Positions 19,303 to 30,067 of a stretch of 64,000 bases of DNA are shown one piece after another. The stretch lies in contig JANQNK010000020.1 in NCBI GenBank assembly GCA_028279595.1, positions 160,001 through 224,000 of the forward strand, in the 5' to 3' direction. Origin of the DNA: Thermoplasmatota archaeon. Lineage in GTDB: Archaea > Thermoplasmatota > JAKEGO01. The position numbers and the translations under genes are program-made. The notes beneath the pieces were generated by a model that was not told where the DNA came from, ran no database searches, and worked only from the letters and a program-made list of their open reading frames with translations. Position 1 is the first letter of the stretch. Each line of letters starts with the position of its first letter.

Positions 19303-20364
19303 TCAGATGCCCGCTGCCTCGAGCACCCTCTTCACCGATCCCTCGGCGTCCATCTTCGGGGGGATCAGCGCGTGCGCCTTGTCATACCCTCTCCGGAGAT
19401 CGATCTTCTTCTGGTCCTGGTGCGCCCAGTGCCTCTCGCCGAAGTGCTTCCGTGCAAGGTACTCCTGCTCCGTCTGTCCGGGGGTCGGCACAAGTATCGC
19501 CTTCCTTCCCATCGCTGCCAGGTCCATGAGCGTCGAGTAGCCCGACCTGGTAAGGACGATGTACGAACGGGAGAGGTATTCGGCCCTCCTGCTGGCGGAC
19601 ATATAGTCGTGGACCTCGACGCCCTTGACCGTGCGGACCTTGGCCTTCGAATCGGAGACGCCCCGGCTGACCACGATCTTCTTGTCCTTCAGCTTCCCGG
19701 TCTGCGCCATTGCCAGCTTCTCGAACTTCGTCCTCTGGGGCTCCGGACCGGAGACCGAGATGAATACATCGATGTCCTGCTCCGTTTCCACCGGCCGGAA
19801 GTCCGTGAGGATCCCTACGTACTCGATCTTCTTCCTGGGTACGAGGTCGAGGTCGTGGGACAGTATCCCAGTGAGATTTCGCTCGTCCTCGTCCGGTATC
19901 AGATATCTCTCGAACTTGTCCGAGAAGTCGGCGACGAACTTCTCGCTCTTCCTCTCGAAGGTCTTGATGTTCTTCGGTGCGAGGAAGCGCATCTGGTGCG
20001 TCATGAGATATGACGGCTTCCGCTCCAGGTAGACGCCGTACCTGTTGTCCGAGATGACCCTGTCGAACTTGATCCTGCGGTGCATCCTCTCCACGGCCTC
20101 GTGCTCGGCCTTGATGCCCTTGAAAAGTCCGGGAAGGGATGTCAGGAACTTCGCGTAGAACGTCATCTTGCTTCCCGTGTACGGGGACGGGTAGTCCGGA
20201 AGGTCGTGGACCTTGACTTCGGTCTCCCGCTTCATCATGGAGAGCGCCCTGCCGGAGGTGACGACGTGGACCTCGTGTCCCTCCTCTGTCAACTGCCGGA
20301 TGACAGGCAATGAACGTGATGCGTGGCCGAGTCCCCATGTGCAGATGCCGTAGAGAATCTTCAC
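19303..20364 (-). CDS. GT-B glycosyltransferase (family 28/MJ1255-like)
   Basis: WGLGHASR, ISDNR, SGPEPQR, RSGYSTLMD, VPTPGQTEQEYLA. Confidence 0.88.
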   Translation of the reverse strand: MKILYGICTWGLGHASRSLPVIRQLTEEGHEVHVVTSGRALSMMKRETEVKVHDLPDYPSPYTGSKMTFYAKFLTSLPGLFKGIKAEHEAVERMHRRIKFDRVISDNRYGVYLERKPSYLMTHQMRFLAPKNIKTFERKSEKFVADFSDKFERYLIPDEDERNLTGILSHDLDLVPRKKIEYVGILTDFRPVETEQDIDVFISVSGPEPQRTKFEKLAMAQTGKLKDKKIVVSRGVSDSKAKVRTVKGVEVHDYMSASRRAEYLSRSYIVLTRSGYSTLMDLAAMGRKAILVPTPGQTEQEYLARKHFGERHWAHQDQKKIDLRRGYDKAHALIPPKMDAEGSVKRVLEAAGI

Positions 20365-20541
20365 GGCACCTTAACGTCTGTCTGCCATTATAGTATTATC
20401 TGTACTGGGGATTCCCGCACACGTCCCCTCGGTGTGCTTCCCGCCCGCCCCAGGTATCATATCATCATGGGAAGGATGGCCCGGCTGTACAATGGCATAC
20501 ATTATCTTTTTATACATCTCAAACCTAACTTGCTAATCCTC

Positions 20542-21912
20542 ATGGACTCGGACGTTATCGTGATCGGCGCCGGTCCGGCCGGCAGCACAGCAGCCAAGTT
20601 CCTAGCAGAGAAGGGACTCGATGTGCTCATTCTGGAGAAGGACAAGCTTCCCAGGGACAAGGCCTGCGGGGGCGGGGTCGTCCGCCACATCCACAGGTTC
20701 GACTACATGAGCGATTTCATCAACGACAACCACCTCGGGGAGTGCAAGGCCCACAAGTCCTACGATCGCACCCTCAAGTATTGCGTGGAGTACCACACCG
20801 ACGACGTGATGTTCTACAACGTCCGCAGGCGCGACTTCGACCACCAGCTCGTCCAGTTCGCCCTGGAGTCCGGCGCACGGCTGGAGCAGGGTGCGGACAA
20901 CATGGTCCTCGACGTCAAGCTCGAGATGGACGGTGTGAAGGTCCACACCAGGGAGGGCGACCTGCACGCGAAGGTCGTCATCGGCGCCGGAGGCGCCATG
21001 GACCCGGTCGCGAGGTACATACGCCGTTCCGGCGGGAAGCCGGACGACATGTCGGACATGTCGATCTCACCTGTGTTCGAGTACCCGGTCGAGCAGTCCT
21101 ACGTCGAGGAGACATATCCCGATTACATGTCCTACTTCCACCACGGCTTCGACGACTCGGTCTATGCCTGGGTCTTCCCCAAGCGGGAGATGCTCAACAT
21201 CGGAGTCTGGCCGAAGCCGGGTATTCGGGTCAACCCGAAGGAGAAGCTGCAGACATACGTCGACCACCTCTACTCGGTCGACCTGATGCCCGAGGAGTAC
21301 ACGGTCGACAAGTACCTCGGTGCACCCCTCCCATCGGCAGGTCCGGTGGACGTCACTTACGATCACAGGATGATAATTGTCGGTGACGCGGCGAGGCTAG
21401 TCTCGCCGCTCACCGGCGAGGGCATATACTACGCGATGGAGTCGGGCCGCATGGCCGCCCTCAGCATCGAGGAGGCACTGGCCAAGGGAAGCCCGAACGC
21501 GAGCGCACTGGCTCCGTACCAGGAGATGTGGGAGTCCACCTTCGGCGCGGACCTGAGGGCCATGAAGAGCTACGCCCGCGATGTCGCGAACCACGGCACC
21601 ATGCTCATCAAGATGGCCTCCGACGACAAGCAGCTCAAGGGGCTGTTCGCCAACCTGTTCATGGGGACCGTCGGCGCCGCAGGGATGCGGAGCAAGGTCA
21701 TGATGCGCCTCGCCATCGACGTGCCGATGGACATCCTCAAGACCATCAATCCGCTGAGCCACCGGAAACCGGGCGAGCGCTCGCCACATACGGACAGGTT
21801 CGAGGAACCCCCCATCGACGGGCCGGAGGACGAGGAGCCGGAGGAGGATCTCCCGGACGACGGGATCAGACCGCCGGAAGGTCCTGACAGCGGACCAGTG
21901 GCAGAGACGTGA
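20542..21912 (+). CDS. Geranylgeranyl reductase family FAD oxidoreductase with acidic C-terminal tail
   Basis: DVIVIGAGPAGS, PRDKACGGG, YAWVFPK, VGDAARLVSPLTGEGIYYAM. Start reassigned to MDSDV. Confidence 0.9.
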   Translation: MDSDVIVIGAGPAGSTAAKFLAEKGLDVLILEKDKLPRDKACGGGVVRHIHRFDYMSDFINDNHLGECKAHKSYDRTLKYCVEYHTDDVMFYNVRRRDFDHQLVQFALESGARLEQGADNMVLDVKLEMDGVKVHTREGDLHAKVVIGAGGAMDPVARYIRRSGGKPDDMSDMSISPVFEYPVEQSYVEETYPDYMSYFHHGFDDSVYAWVFPKREMLNIGVWPKPGIRVNPKEKLQTYVDHLYSVDLMPEEYTVDKYLGAPLPSAGPVDVTYDHRMIIVGDAARLVSPLTGEGIYYAMESGRMAALSIEEALAKGSPNASALAPYQEMWESTFGADLRAMKSYARDVANHGTMLIKMASDDKQLKGLFANLFMGTVGAAGMRSKVMMRLAIDVPMDILKTINPLSHRKPGERSPHTDRFEEPPIDGPEDEEPEEDLPDDGIRPPEGPDSGPVAET

Positions 21913-22179
21913 ACCACAGTTGGATCATTCCTTCCTAGCGAATGCGCTCGATGACGTCCGATGGATGTCATCAACGCGTGTCACCCGAAGATCCCGGAAC
22001 GACAGCTGACATCCCCGATGACGAAGAGGTTGATGCCGATACGTATCTCCAGCTGGCTCGATGAGCCAGCAATCTACCCAAAGGTCTTTATCGTGACGCA
22101 TCGCTTACTTTAACGGGGAACGGTCGGCAATGCGACAACAGGACCAATTCCATTGCTATGACCGTGCAGAGGTGATGAG

Positions 22180-25100
22180 ATGCGACATCATTGGAAATTC
22201 AGCGCCCTATTCGTAGCGGCGCTCTTCTTCGGTCAGATATCGTTCGGAATGGTCTCCTACATGCCGGTCTCGACCCGTTCGAGCGGGCCGGTGGCGGTCG
22301 GGGACCTGACATATCATGATGGATATCCTGACCTGTCGAACGTGACCGGGACGACCGGGTCGGAGCCTTCCTTCTACATGATAGGGGACATGATCAACGC
22401 CGCCAACGGTAATCTCTTCCTCCAGTCGACGGACATAGCAGTGCTAGGGAAGGCGTATACCCTGGAGGTCGTCAGGACCTACAATTCGTACCTGAGGGAG
22501 CGTGACTCGCCGTTCGGCCACGGATGGACCCACAACTACGGCATGGCCCTGGAGGTGAATTCGACCAGGGCACTTCTCTTCGAGGGGGACGGCTCGATCC
22601 ACGAGCTCGCCAGGATCGGAGATGATTTCACCCCGCCCGAGGCCAAACATGTCAACCTGACCATCGAACAGGATGGGTCCTACAGGTTGCGGTCCCTCGA
22701 CGGCCGTGTATTCGCATTCAATGATACCGGGGTCTTCATGAACGAGACCGATAGGAACGGGAACATGCTGACCCTCACATACACTGGAAGCCGTCTCACC
22801 TCGGTGATGGACGACACCGGGATCGACCTGACGTTCGATTGGACCGGCGATCATATCACTTCGGTCACGGAGTCGGGACTCGACCGGAAGGTGTGGTACA
22901 ACTACTCGGATGGCAACCTGACCGATTGGTCGGATGCTACCGGGAACACCACACTGTACGGTTACAGTCATGACTCCACACACACCTTGACATCGGTCGT
23001 GAACCGTGAGGACGAGATAATCCTCTTCGATTACCGGGTCGAGACGGGGGATGACGAGGGCTATATGGTCAACAAGGTGCGCAAGGGCGTCTACAACAGG
23101 ACCAACACCACCGCATGGAACCTATTCACCGCCATGACCGTGGGATACTCGAACGGGACTACGTCATATACGAGGGGAGGAGCCTTGATATCGATCGAGC
23201 TCGACGAGGATGGACGGTGGACGAACCGCACGAACCCTGCCGGCCATGTCATGACGAATTCGTATACGAACGGTCTCCTGACCTCGTACGAGAACGAGAT
23301 GGGCGATCTATGGACATATGTCTACGATGACAACGGGCTCCTCATCGAGGAGACCGATCCCATGGGGAACACCACATACAACAATTGGACCGTCATGCAC
23401 AACGATACCTTGTTCCTCGCGGTGATCGTCAACACGACCGACTGGCGCGGGTCAACCACCGAGTACGGTTATGACGGCAGCTGGAACATGAACAGGACGA
23501 CCGACGCGCGTATGAACCACACCTATTGGGGTCTCGACGCCGACGGGTTCGTGACGAGCGTCACCCCCCCTGGACTGGGAACGTCGGTCTTCACGCGCAA
23601 CTCGATCGGCCAGGTAACGAACAGGACCGATCCACTCGATAATTCCAACCTTTACGAATATGACAATGCCAACCGACTGGTCAATCAGACCGACCCGAAC
23701 GGTGGATCAACGCTGATCGAGTACGACATGCTGGACCGTCCCGTCAGGACCACGGATGCCATGGGGAACACCACGCGGTTCACATACGACGCCGAGGGAC
23801 GGATGGTCAAGAGGGTCGACGTCAGAGGCGGTGTCCACACCTTCGATGCAGCCTCGGAAGACGGTCCAGCCAGCGTCACGGACCCGGACATGGGGACCAC
23901 CACGGTGGTCTACGACCAGTACGGCAACGTGAGGTCGAGGACGGGACCTGACAACACGACACACCGGACCGAATACGACGATCTCGGCAACCTGGTAAAG
24001 GTCACCGACAAGCTCGGCAACGAGGAGCGGATGCGGTACGACCGCATCGGCAGGTTGATCAGGTACACCGATGCAAGGGGTGCAGTCACCAGATACCAGT
24101 ACGACCCGCTCGGAAGGCCCGTTCTCATCACTGACGCCCTGGGCGGCCAGACCCGGTTCATCTACGATGCTGGCGGGAACATACTCACCCTGAAGGATAC
24201 GCTTGGACGGACCACCAGCACGGTCTACGATGAGCTAGGCAGAGCGGTCAAGATAACCGATGACAACGGAAGGTCCTCGCGATACAACTACACAGCGTAT
24301 GGAAGGATATCCCGGGCGACCGACCCACTCGGAGGGTGGGTCCAGTATCTTTACGACGATTCAGGTCGCCTGACCAGGGTCCGGAACGCACTGAACCATT
24401 CGGTCCGCTACACCTACGACGGTAACGACAACGTGCTGACGTTCACCGACCCGAACGGGAACGATTGGGAATACGTGTATGACAGGCTAGACAGGATCAC
24501 AGAGATCACCGATCCTCTCGGCAATTACACCCGGTATCGCTACGATGCTGCCGGGAACACCGTATTGGTCAGGGACACACGTGGGTCGAGGGTCCATTAT
24601 ACCTACGACAGCATGGACCGGGTCATCTCCGTTCGCGATCCCTTGGACGGTTACACGAACTACACCTACAACAAGGCCGGCTTCCCGGTACTGGTGACGG
24701 ATCCGATGAACCTGACGACGACCCATTCCTATGACGATGCGGGGCGGCGGACCTCTGTTACCGACCCCGGTGGAAACACCACTCATTTCCGGTACAATGC
24801 CGTCGGCGACCTTAGGGCGATCACATATTCGGATTCCACAAGCGTTCGCTTCTGGTACGATGCCCTCGGGAGGATGACCAGGGCCCTAGATCAGGTCTCC
24901 GCATTGCATACCTACACCTATGATGCGATGGGCCGCAGGACATCGGAGACCGATCCGCACGGCCATTCGACGACCTGGACGTACGACGACGCCAACCGCA
25001 CAGTGATCGAGACGGATGCGGACGCGAACCGGACCCTGACCGTCAGGGATCCCCTCGGCCAGGTCATCGAGGTGAGGGACTCCCTCGGAAGGTCGATAGA

Positions 25101-28100
25101 GTACGAAAGAAATTCGATAGGCCAGATCACGAACCTGATCATGCCGGACGGATCGTCGACCAACTTCACGTACGATGCGAACGGGAACCTGCTCAGGGTG
25201 GACGACCCCCAGGGCGGATACTCGATCTTTTCGGTCGACGAGCTGGACCGGCTCGTCTCCACGACGGATGCTAACGGAGGGATCGTCACCTACACCTACG
25301 ATCGGGGAACCCCTCTCGTGACCGTCCGCACCGACGCGATGAACCGGAGCACGACGTTCGGATATGACGTTCGAGGACTCGTCTCGACGATAGATGAGCC
25401 ATCTGGCAACAGGACGAACTACGGTTACGATGCTGCCGGACATCTCGTCCAGCGGGAGGACGGGGAAGGCCGTGTGACGAACTACACCTACGATCTCAAC
25501 GACAGGTGTTCAGCGATCGACTACGACGACGGCTCTGGCGTTCGGTTCACCTACGATTCGATGGGCCGCACCCTGCGGACCAAACACATCGGGGGTCAGG
25601 GTGAGTCCGTCTTCCAGAATTACGATGCCGCGGGCAGGAGGACCTGGCTGGGCATCAACTATCAGAACTTCTCGAAATACTTCATGTTCGGCTACGATCT
25701 CTCCGGTCGTCTGATATCGATGGACGATTCCGAAGGTGGAACGACGACGTACGACCATACCGCGAACGGAAGGCTCGATCAGCTGACCGCTCCGTCGGGA
25801 GGAACATATCAGTTCTCTTACGATGCTGGCGGCAGGCGTACGCGTGTGGATGGCCCGGGCGGAATATCCACATTCTACTCCTATGACGTCATGGGCCGGA
25901 CGATCAACATAACCGCCGAGTGGACGAACGGAACTCCGATCGTACGGCGACTGATGGGATACGATCTCGTGGGGAACGTGCTCAATGTGACGGACGAGAA
26001 CGACGACGTCACGGAGTACGAGTACGACGCGGTGTATCGCGTGGTGAACGCGACCTATCCGGACTCCTCATGGGAAGCCTTCACCTACAACCTCGCAGGT
26101 GACCGGGTCACCAGGTCCCAGGACGGGTGGATCACAAATTACTCTTACGACTCAGGTGGGCGTCTCGTGTCTACCGGGATCGCCTCGTATCGATACGACG
26201 GAGCCGGGAACCTCATCGAAAAGGAGGAAGGCTCGGACACGACGACGTATTATTACGACCACGAGAACCGGAAAGTGAACGTGACGATGCCGGACGGTCA
26301 CGATGTAGGATACAGTTGGTCCGGTACCGGAGCGCCCATACTCAGGACGGAGGGTACCGAATGGCTGTTCTTCTTCCCCGTTGGATACGACATATCGATG
26401 GTCTACGACGGCTCGGGTACCCCTTTGACCAGGAACGTCTACGGTACCCGAGTCGACGAACTCCTCGAGGCAGAGGACATCGGCAGTGACACTCATCGAC
26501 TTTACTCCGACAACATCGGCTCCATCGTCGCAGCGACGGGACCCTCTGGCACGGTCGTCGGACGTGTAACTTACAGCGCGTTCGGCAACTCGTCTGTGAC
26601 TGGCTCGATGCCGGTGTGGAACGGGTTCACTGGCCGTATACGCGACAACACGACGAACCTTACCCATCACAGGGCTCGTTGGTGCGACAACGATATTGGC
26701 CGGTTCACCACGGTCGATCCCATCACATCGTTCGATCCGATGGCCGTCGATCGGTACACCTACGCGGGCAACAATCCGACCACGTTCATCGATCCCCTCG
26801 GTCTCGACAGGACGCCCGCGCCGTCTACCCCGGTCGTCACGTGGACGACCACCAACGCCCAGGAGCGGAACGGCGTCACCTCCACGGAACCCTACGACCT
26901 GGAGATCGTCATCAAGATCGAGATGGACTTCTGGATAGACGAGACCACCCGGCGATCATGGCCGCACAACATAGACGGCAAATGGTACCAGTACATGTCC
27001 GATGTCAAGTACCGCGAGAAATGGCATCGGACGATCATCATATGGATCGGGATCACTGCGACGATCGAGAAGGACGAGGAGCTCATAGGCAGGGCGCAGG
27101 ACTCTCTCGATGATGCCAGGACGGCGGGAACCGTGGCGACATGGACCTCCGCCGGCGCCACTGCGGTCGGCTTCATTCCGGTCGTTGGCGATGTTCTGGG
27201 ATTGGTCGGTAGTGGAGCCAGTTTCGCTGCCGGGGCCGAATCGACCCAGAACTACGAGAACGCGATCGACGATCTGATGAACGCCCTCAATTCGGTCGGT
27301 GTCTCGCTTGATTTCGACATCATGTACTGGGTCAACGACCAACAGGTGAGCAGCACGTTCATTCAATCCGTACCCATCGCGGGCCAGATGATCTACGAGA
27401 TCCCGTCTGGTACACCAGGGACGGTCATCGGACCCTGGGGGCCTGTCAAGGTCACCGGACCGAGGCCGAAGCCCCCTGGAGGTCCGTATCCAGTTCCACA
27501 GCCACGTCCGACACCGACCCCGACACCGACACCCACACCTACGCCCACTCCAACACCGACGCCGACACCCACGCCGACCCCGACGCCCACACCGGGCCAA
27601 CTGCCTGTTCCGACACCTGAACGTCCAGTTCCCCTGCCAGGATTGCCCGGAGACCATTGGGGTCCGACGACTCCTGTGACACCGGACGGACCAGAGGCTG
27701 TGGACGACGAACCGGAAGAGGCCCCCTTCTATACGTACGAGGACGGAAAACCAGCGTTCGTTCAGGACAACACACCCTTCGAGAAGATCGCAGGCACCGA
27801 CGACGGTCGCGCCACGGATGGAGACCTCGAGGAGATCGACGAACTCCGTCATTCCTTCGATGACGAAATCGAGCCGGATACGCTTCGATATACTGCCTAC
27901 ACATCCGAGCCGACGACCAGGAACGACGGCGAGAGACCTGATAGGAGTCCTGTCGCCATCCCCGGCCTGAGCACCGGATTCGTCAATCTACCCGATTGGC
28001 TGGACGACAGGATCGTTCCGTTCGACGACTGGAAGATCGAGCCCGGACCGAACCACCCGATGACCGATGGTTCCCTCATATCACCGTTCACCGACAAGGT

Positions 28101-30054
28101 GGATTTCACGATCACGAATGACGGCGACCACGACGGACAGCATGATGTCTTCTGCAGGCTGGATCACTATGAAAAGGAGGACATATCGACCGTCGGTTTC
28201 GAGTCCGGAACACCCCTCTTTTGGTCGGTCCACAATCGTGGCACAAACACCAGCGGTGAGACGTGGGGCGAGAAGGCGAACGCCCGGACCGGCAACTACT
28301 CCTTCGGCGTCTCCGCAGGGGAGCCAGGCGAGTGGATGGAGGAGTGGCTCATCACGGATTACTACACGCTGATCGACTACGACGATCCACAGGCCGTCTT
28401 CTACTTCGATGCTGACAACGATACCTTCTCGAACTCGCTGTACGTGTTCGTATCCGATTCGGCAGGAGGACTCCCGGACGGATTCACCGGGGAACCGGAA
28501 CTCACCATCACACCGTCGGACTGGACGAGCCACACCGGGTTCGCCGAGCCAGTGAAGGTGGACCTGTCGGATTACAGCGATAGCGAGGACGTGCAACTCG
28601 CGTTAGTATGGGAGGGCGGTGAGTCCAAACCGGTCTTCATCGACGATTTTTCCATCGGCGGACTCACCTTCGTAGAGATCGAGACCCAGAGCGACGGTCC
28701 TTTCTACATCGACCCCGAGCCTGCGGAGGGAACACTGGCCAGCACAACGGCCGATGTAACCTTCGACATCGACCTCACCTCCGACGCTGGTGGCGGAAGC
28801 GGTGGAGGCGTATACCGCATCACTGCGTGGTTGAATGCGACCGGTTTTGACGACGACCCGTACAACGATGTCCACCAGGTCACGGTGACCGCCCTGAACA
28901 TCACGTCCCCGTACATCACGGTGGTCTCCACGGCCGGTATGGGAGAGGCCGATATCAGGATAGAATGGACACCTGCACCCTACGCCGACGCATACGAGGT
29001 CTACTTGACGTCCGACCCGGAGGTCTGGGACTTCTCCTTCCCGGTCGCCACTGTCAACACCACCTCCTTCGTGGACGTGGGGGTCAATGACGAGAAGCAC
29101 GGCAACTATGCCCAAATGCGGTATTACACCGTCCGAGGGATCAACGGGACGACTGATGTTCCCGGACAGAACTCGCAGGTCGCTGCGAAGCTGTCCAAGA
29201 CCTTCGGAGGCGGCGGGGGTTCCGGCGCGTACTGGCAGTCGTTCTCGATACCGTACGAGACCACCATGACCTTCACCGCGGACGACTACTGCGACTGGAT
29301 CCCCAACTGCCAGGGGATCAGCCGTTACCTCGTTCCTAACCAGACCTGGGAATACCATGCCACCGCGATGCCCAAGGGCGCCACTGACTGGACGATGGTC
29401 CCGGGAGAGGCGTACATGGCAGCCCTTTCAGCGGACTCGACCTTCACCTTCACGGGGATAAGCGCTGCCTGGACGAATCCTTCACACGAGGGTCTCGAGG
29501 CTCCTGGCAACTTCACAGTGACAGTGGACCAGAGCAATTCGAGCAGCGTCAACCTCTCATGGGACGACGTTCCTGGAGCAGCGTCCTACCGCATCTACAG
29601 GAGCGAGTCAAGGGGTCAGTTCGATATCGTGAAAGGGTGGATCAGGGAGTTCGACGATGACATCAATACGACGCGGAACCATTACACCGATCCATCCCTT
29701 CCGGACCTCCCCGAGATATTCTACATGATCGTCGCAGTCGACAGTGAAGGCAGGATCGGAGACACCACACCGGTCCGCGGAAGGTTCCGGATGGACCTGA
29801 CCGGTGCTGTGGGTGGCCTGTGGAACCCGATAGCACTCCCGGCAGTCCCGGCGACGAACCGAACCGCGGACTGGTACTGTGACGAGATGGACGACTGTGA
29901 CGGTATCTCACGATACCTCACCGCTTCCGACACGTGGGAGTTCCACGCCACCGGCATGCCGGAGGGAGCGACGGACTGGGACCTCGAGCCAGGGGTCGGC
30001 TACATGGCCGCGATCTCTGGCGGAGGTGGAATATACTGGTACTTCAATACTTAG
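22180..30054 (+). CDS. Giant secreted RHS/YD-repeat protein (2624 aa): signal peptide, DUF6531, YD repeats, RHS core, then a cargo-like domain, PT linker and beta-sandwich/FN3-like modules
   Basis: GAGGTG RBS; hydrophobic leader; DUF6531-like INAANGNL...RTYNS...FGHGWTHNY; dozens of YD..G.L repeats; core GRFTTVDPI...YTYAGNNPTTFIDPLGL. Confidence 0.93.
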   Translation: MRHHWKFSALFVAALFFGQISFGMVSYMPVSTRSSGPVAVGDLTYHDGYPDLSNVTGTTGSEPSFYMIGDMINAANGNLFLQSTDIAVLGKAYTLEVVRTYNSYLRERDSPFGHGWTHNYGMALEVNSTRALLFEGDGSIHELARIGDDFTPPEAKHVNLTIEQDGSYRLRSLDGRVFAFNDTGVFMNETDRNGNMLTLTYTGSRLTSVMDDTGIDLTFDWTGDHITSVTESGLDRKVWYNYSDGNLTDWSDATGNTTLYGYSHDSTHTLTSVVNREDEIILFDYRVETGDDEGYMVNKVRKGVYNRTNTTAWNLFTAMTVGYSNGTTSYTRGGALISIELDEDGRWTNRTNPAGHVMTNSYTNGLLTSYENEMGDLWTYVYDDNGLLIEETDPMGNTTYNNWTVMHNDTLFLAVIVNTTDWRGSTTEYGYDGSWNMNRTTDARMNHTYWGLDADGFVTSVTPPGLGTSVFTRNSIGQVTNRTDPLDNSNLYEYDNANRLVNQTDPNGGSTLIEYDMLDRPVRTTDAMGNTTRFTYDAEGRMVKRVDVRGGVHTFDAASEDGPASVTDPDMGTTTVVYDQYGNVRSRTGPDNTTHRTEYDDLGNLVKVTDKLGNEERMRYDRIGRLIRYTDARGAVTRYQYDPLGRPVLITDALGGQTRFIYDAGGNILTLKDTLGRTTSTVYDELGRAVKITDDNGRSSRYNYTAYGRISRATDPLGGWVQYLYDDSGRLTRVRNALNHSVRYTYDGNDNVLTFTDPNGNDWEYVYDRLDRITEITDPLGNYTRYRYDAAGNTVLVRDTRGSRVHYTYDSMDRVISVRDPLDGYTNYTYNKAGFPVLVTDPMNLTTTHSYDDAGRRTSVTDPGGNTTHFRYNAVGDLRAITYSDSTSVRFWYDALGRMTRALDQVSALHTYTYDAMGRRTSETDPHGHSTTWTYDDANRTVIETDADANRTLTVRDPLGQVIEVRDSLGRSIEYERNSIGQITNLIMPDGSSTNFTYDANGNLLRVDDPQGGYSIFSVDELDRLVSTTDANGGIVTYTYDRGTPLVTVRTDAMNRSTTFGYDVRGLVSTIDEPSGNRTNYGYDAAGHLVQREDGEGRVTNYTYDLNDRCSAIDYDDGSGVRFTYDSMGRTLRTKHIGGQGESVFQNYDAAGRRTWLGINYQNFSKYFMFGYDLSGRLISMDDSEGGTTTYDHTANGRLDQLTAPSGGTYQFSYDAGGRRTRVDGPGGISTFYSYDVMGRTINITAEWTNGTPIVRRLMGYDLVGNVLNVTDENDDVTEYEYDAVYRVVNATYPDSSWEAFTYNLAGDRVTRSQDGWITNYSYDSGGRLVSTGIASYRYDGAGNLIEKEEGSDTTTYYYDHENRKVNVTMPDGHDVGYSWSGTGAPILRTEGTEWLFFFPVGYDISMVYDGSGTPLTRNVYGTRVDELLEAEDIGSDTHRLYSDNIGSIVAATGPSGTVVGRVTYSAFGNSSVTGSMPVWNGFTGRIRDNTTNLTHHRARWCDNDIGRFTTVDPITSFDPMAVDRYTYAGNNPTTFIDPLGLDRTPAPSTPVVTWTTTNAQERNGVTSTEPYDLEIVIKIEMDFWIDETTRRSWPHNIDGKWYQYMSDVKYREKWHRTIIIWIGITATIEKDEELIGRAQDSLDDARTAGTVATWTSAGATAVGFIPVVGDVLGLVGSGASFAAGAESTQNYENAIDDLMNALNSVGVSLDFDIMYWVNDQQVSSTFIQSVPIAGQMIYEIPSGTPGTVIGPWGPVKVTGPRPKPPGGPYPVPQPRPTPTPTPTPTPTPTPTPTPTPTPTPTPTPGQLPVPTPERPVPLPGLPGDHWGPTTPVTPDGPEAVDDEPEEAPFYTYEDGKPAFVQDNTPFEKIAGTDDGRATDGDLEEIDELRHSFDDEIEPDTLRYTAYTSEPTTRNDGERPDRSPVAIPGLSTGFVNLPDWLDDRIVPFDDWKIEPGPNHPMTDGSLISPFTDKVDFTITNDGDHDGQHDVFCRLDHYEKEDISTVGFESGTPLFWSVHNRGTNTSGETWGEKANARTGNYSFGVSAGEPGEWMEEWLITDYYTLIDYDDPQAVFYFDADNDTFSNSLYVFVSDSAGGLPDGFTGEPELTITPSDWTSHTGFAEPVKVDLSDYSDSEDVQLALVWEGGESKPVFIDDFSIGGLTFVEIETQSDGPFYIDPEPAEGTLASTTADVTFDIDLTSDAGGGSGGGVYRITAWLNATGFDDDPYNDVHQVTVTALNITSPYITVVSTAGMGEADIRIEWTPAPYADAYEVYLTSDPEVWDFSFPVATVNTTSFVDVGVNDEKHGNYAQMRYYTVRGINGTTDVPGQNSQVAAKLSKTFGGGGGSGAYWQSFSIPYETTMTFTADDYCDWIPNCQGISRYLVPNQTWEYHATAMPKGATDWTMVPGEAYMAALSADSTFTFTGISAAWTNPSHEGLEAPGNFTVTVDQSNSSSVNLSWDDVPGAASYRIYRSESRGQFDIVKGWIREFDDDINTTRNHYTDPSLPDLPEIFYMIVAVDSEGRIGDTTPVRGRFRMDLTGAVGGLWNPIALPAVPATNRTADWYCDEMDDCDGISRYLTASDTWEFHATGMPEGATDWDLEPGVGYMAAISGGGGIYWYFNT
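27508..27594 (+). repeat. (Pro-Thr)14-Pro linker in the RHS protein
   Basis: CCN-ACN codon pairs x14 with variable third positions. Confidence 0.95.
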
Positions 30055-30067
30055 GAGGTGTGATGGC

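Noticed and set aside
20323-20541. N-terminal extension of the geranylgeranyl reductase ORF
   Set aside because: Overlaps the divergent glycosyltransferase start and promoter region; the FAD-binding motif begins right after ATG 20542.
21915-22140. Two short hairpins (about 21950-21972 and 22054-22070) upstream of the RHS gene as an ncRNA or mobile-element end
   Set aside because: Short stems are expected by chance at this GC content; no terminal repeats, transposase or clear promoter/terminator pair.
27508-27594. PT repeat as a contingency microsatellite or CRISPR-like array
   Set aside because: Third codon positions vary, so it is a protein-level linker. No repeat-spacer array or cas gene was seen anywhere in the window.
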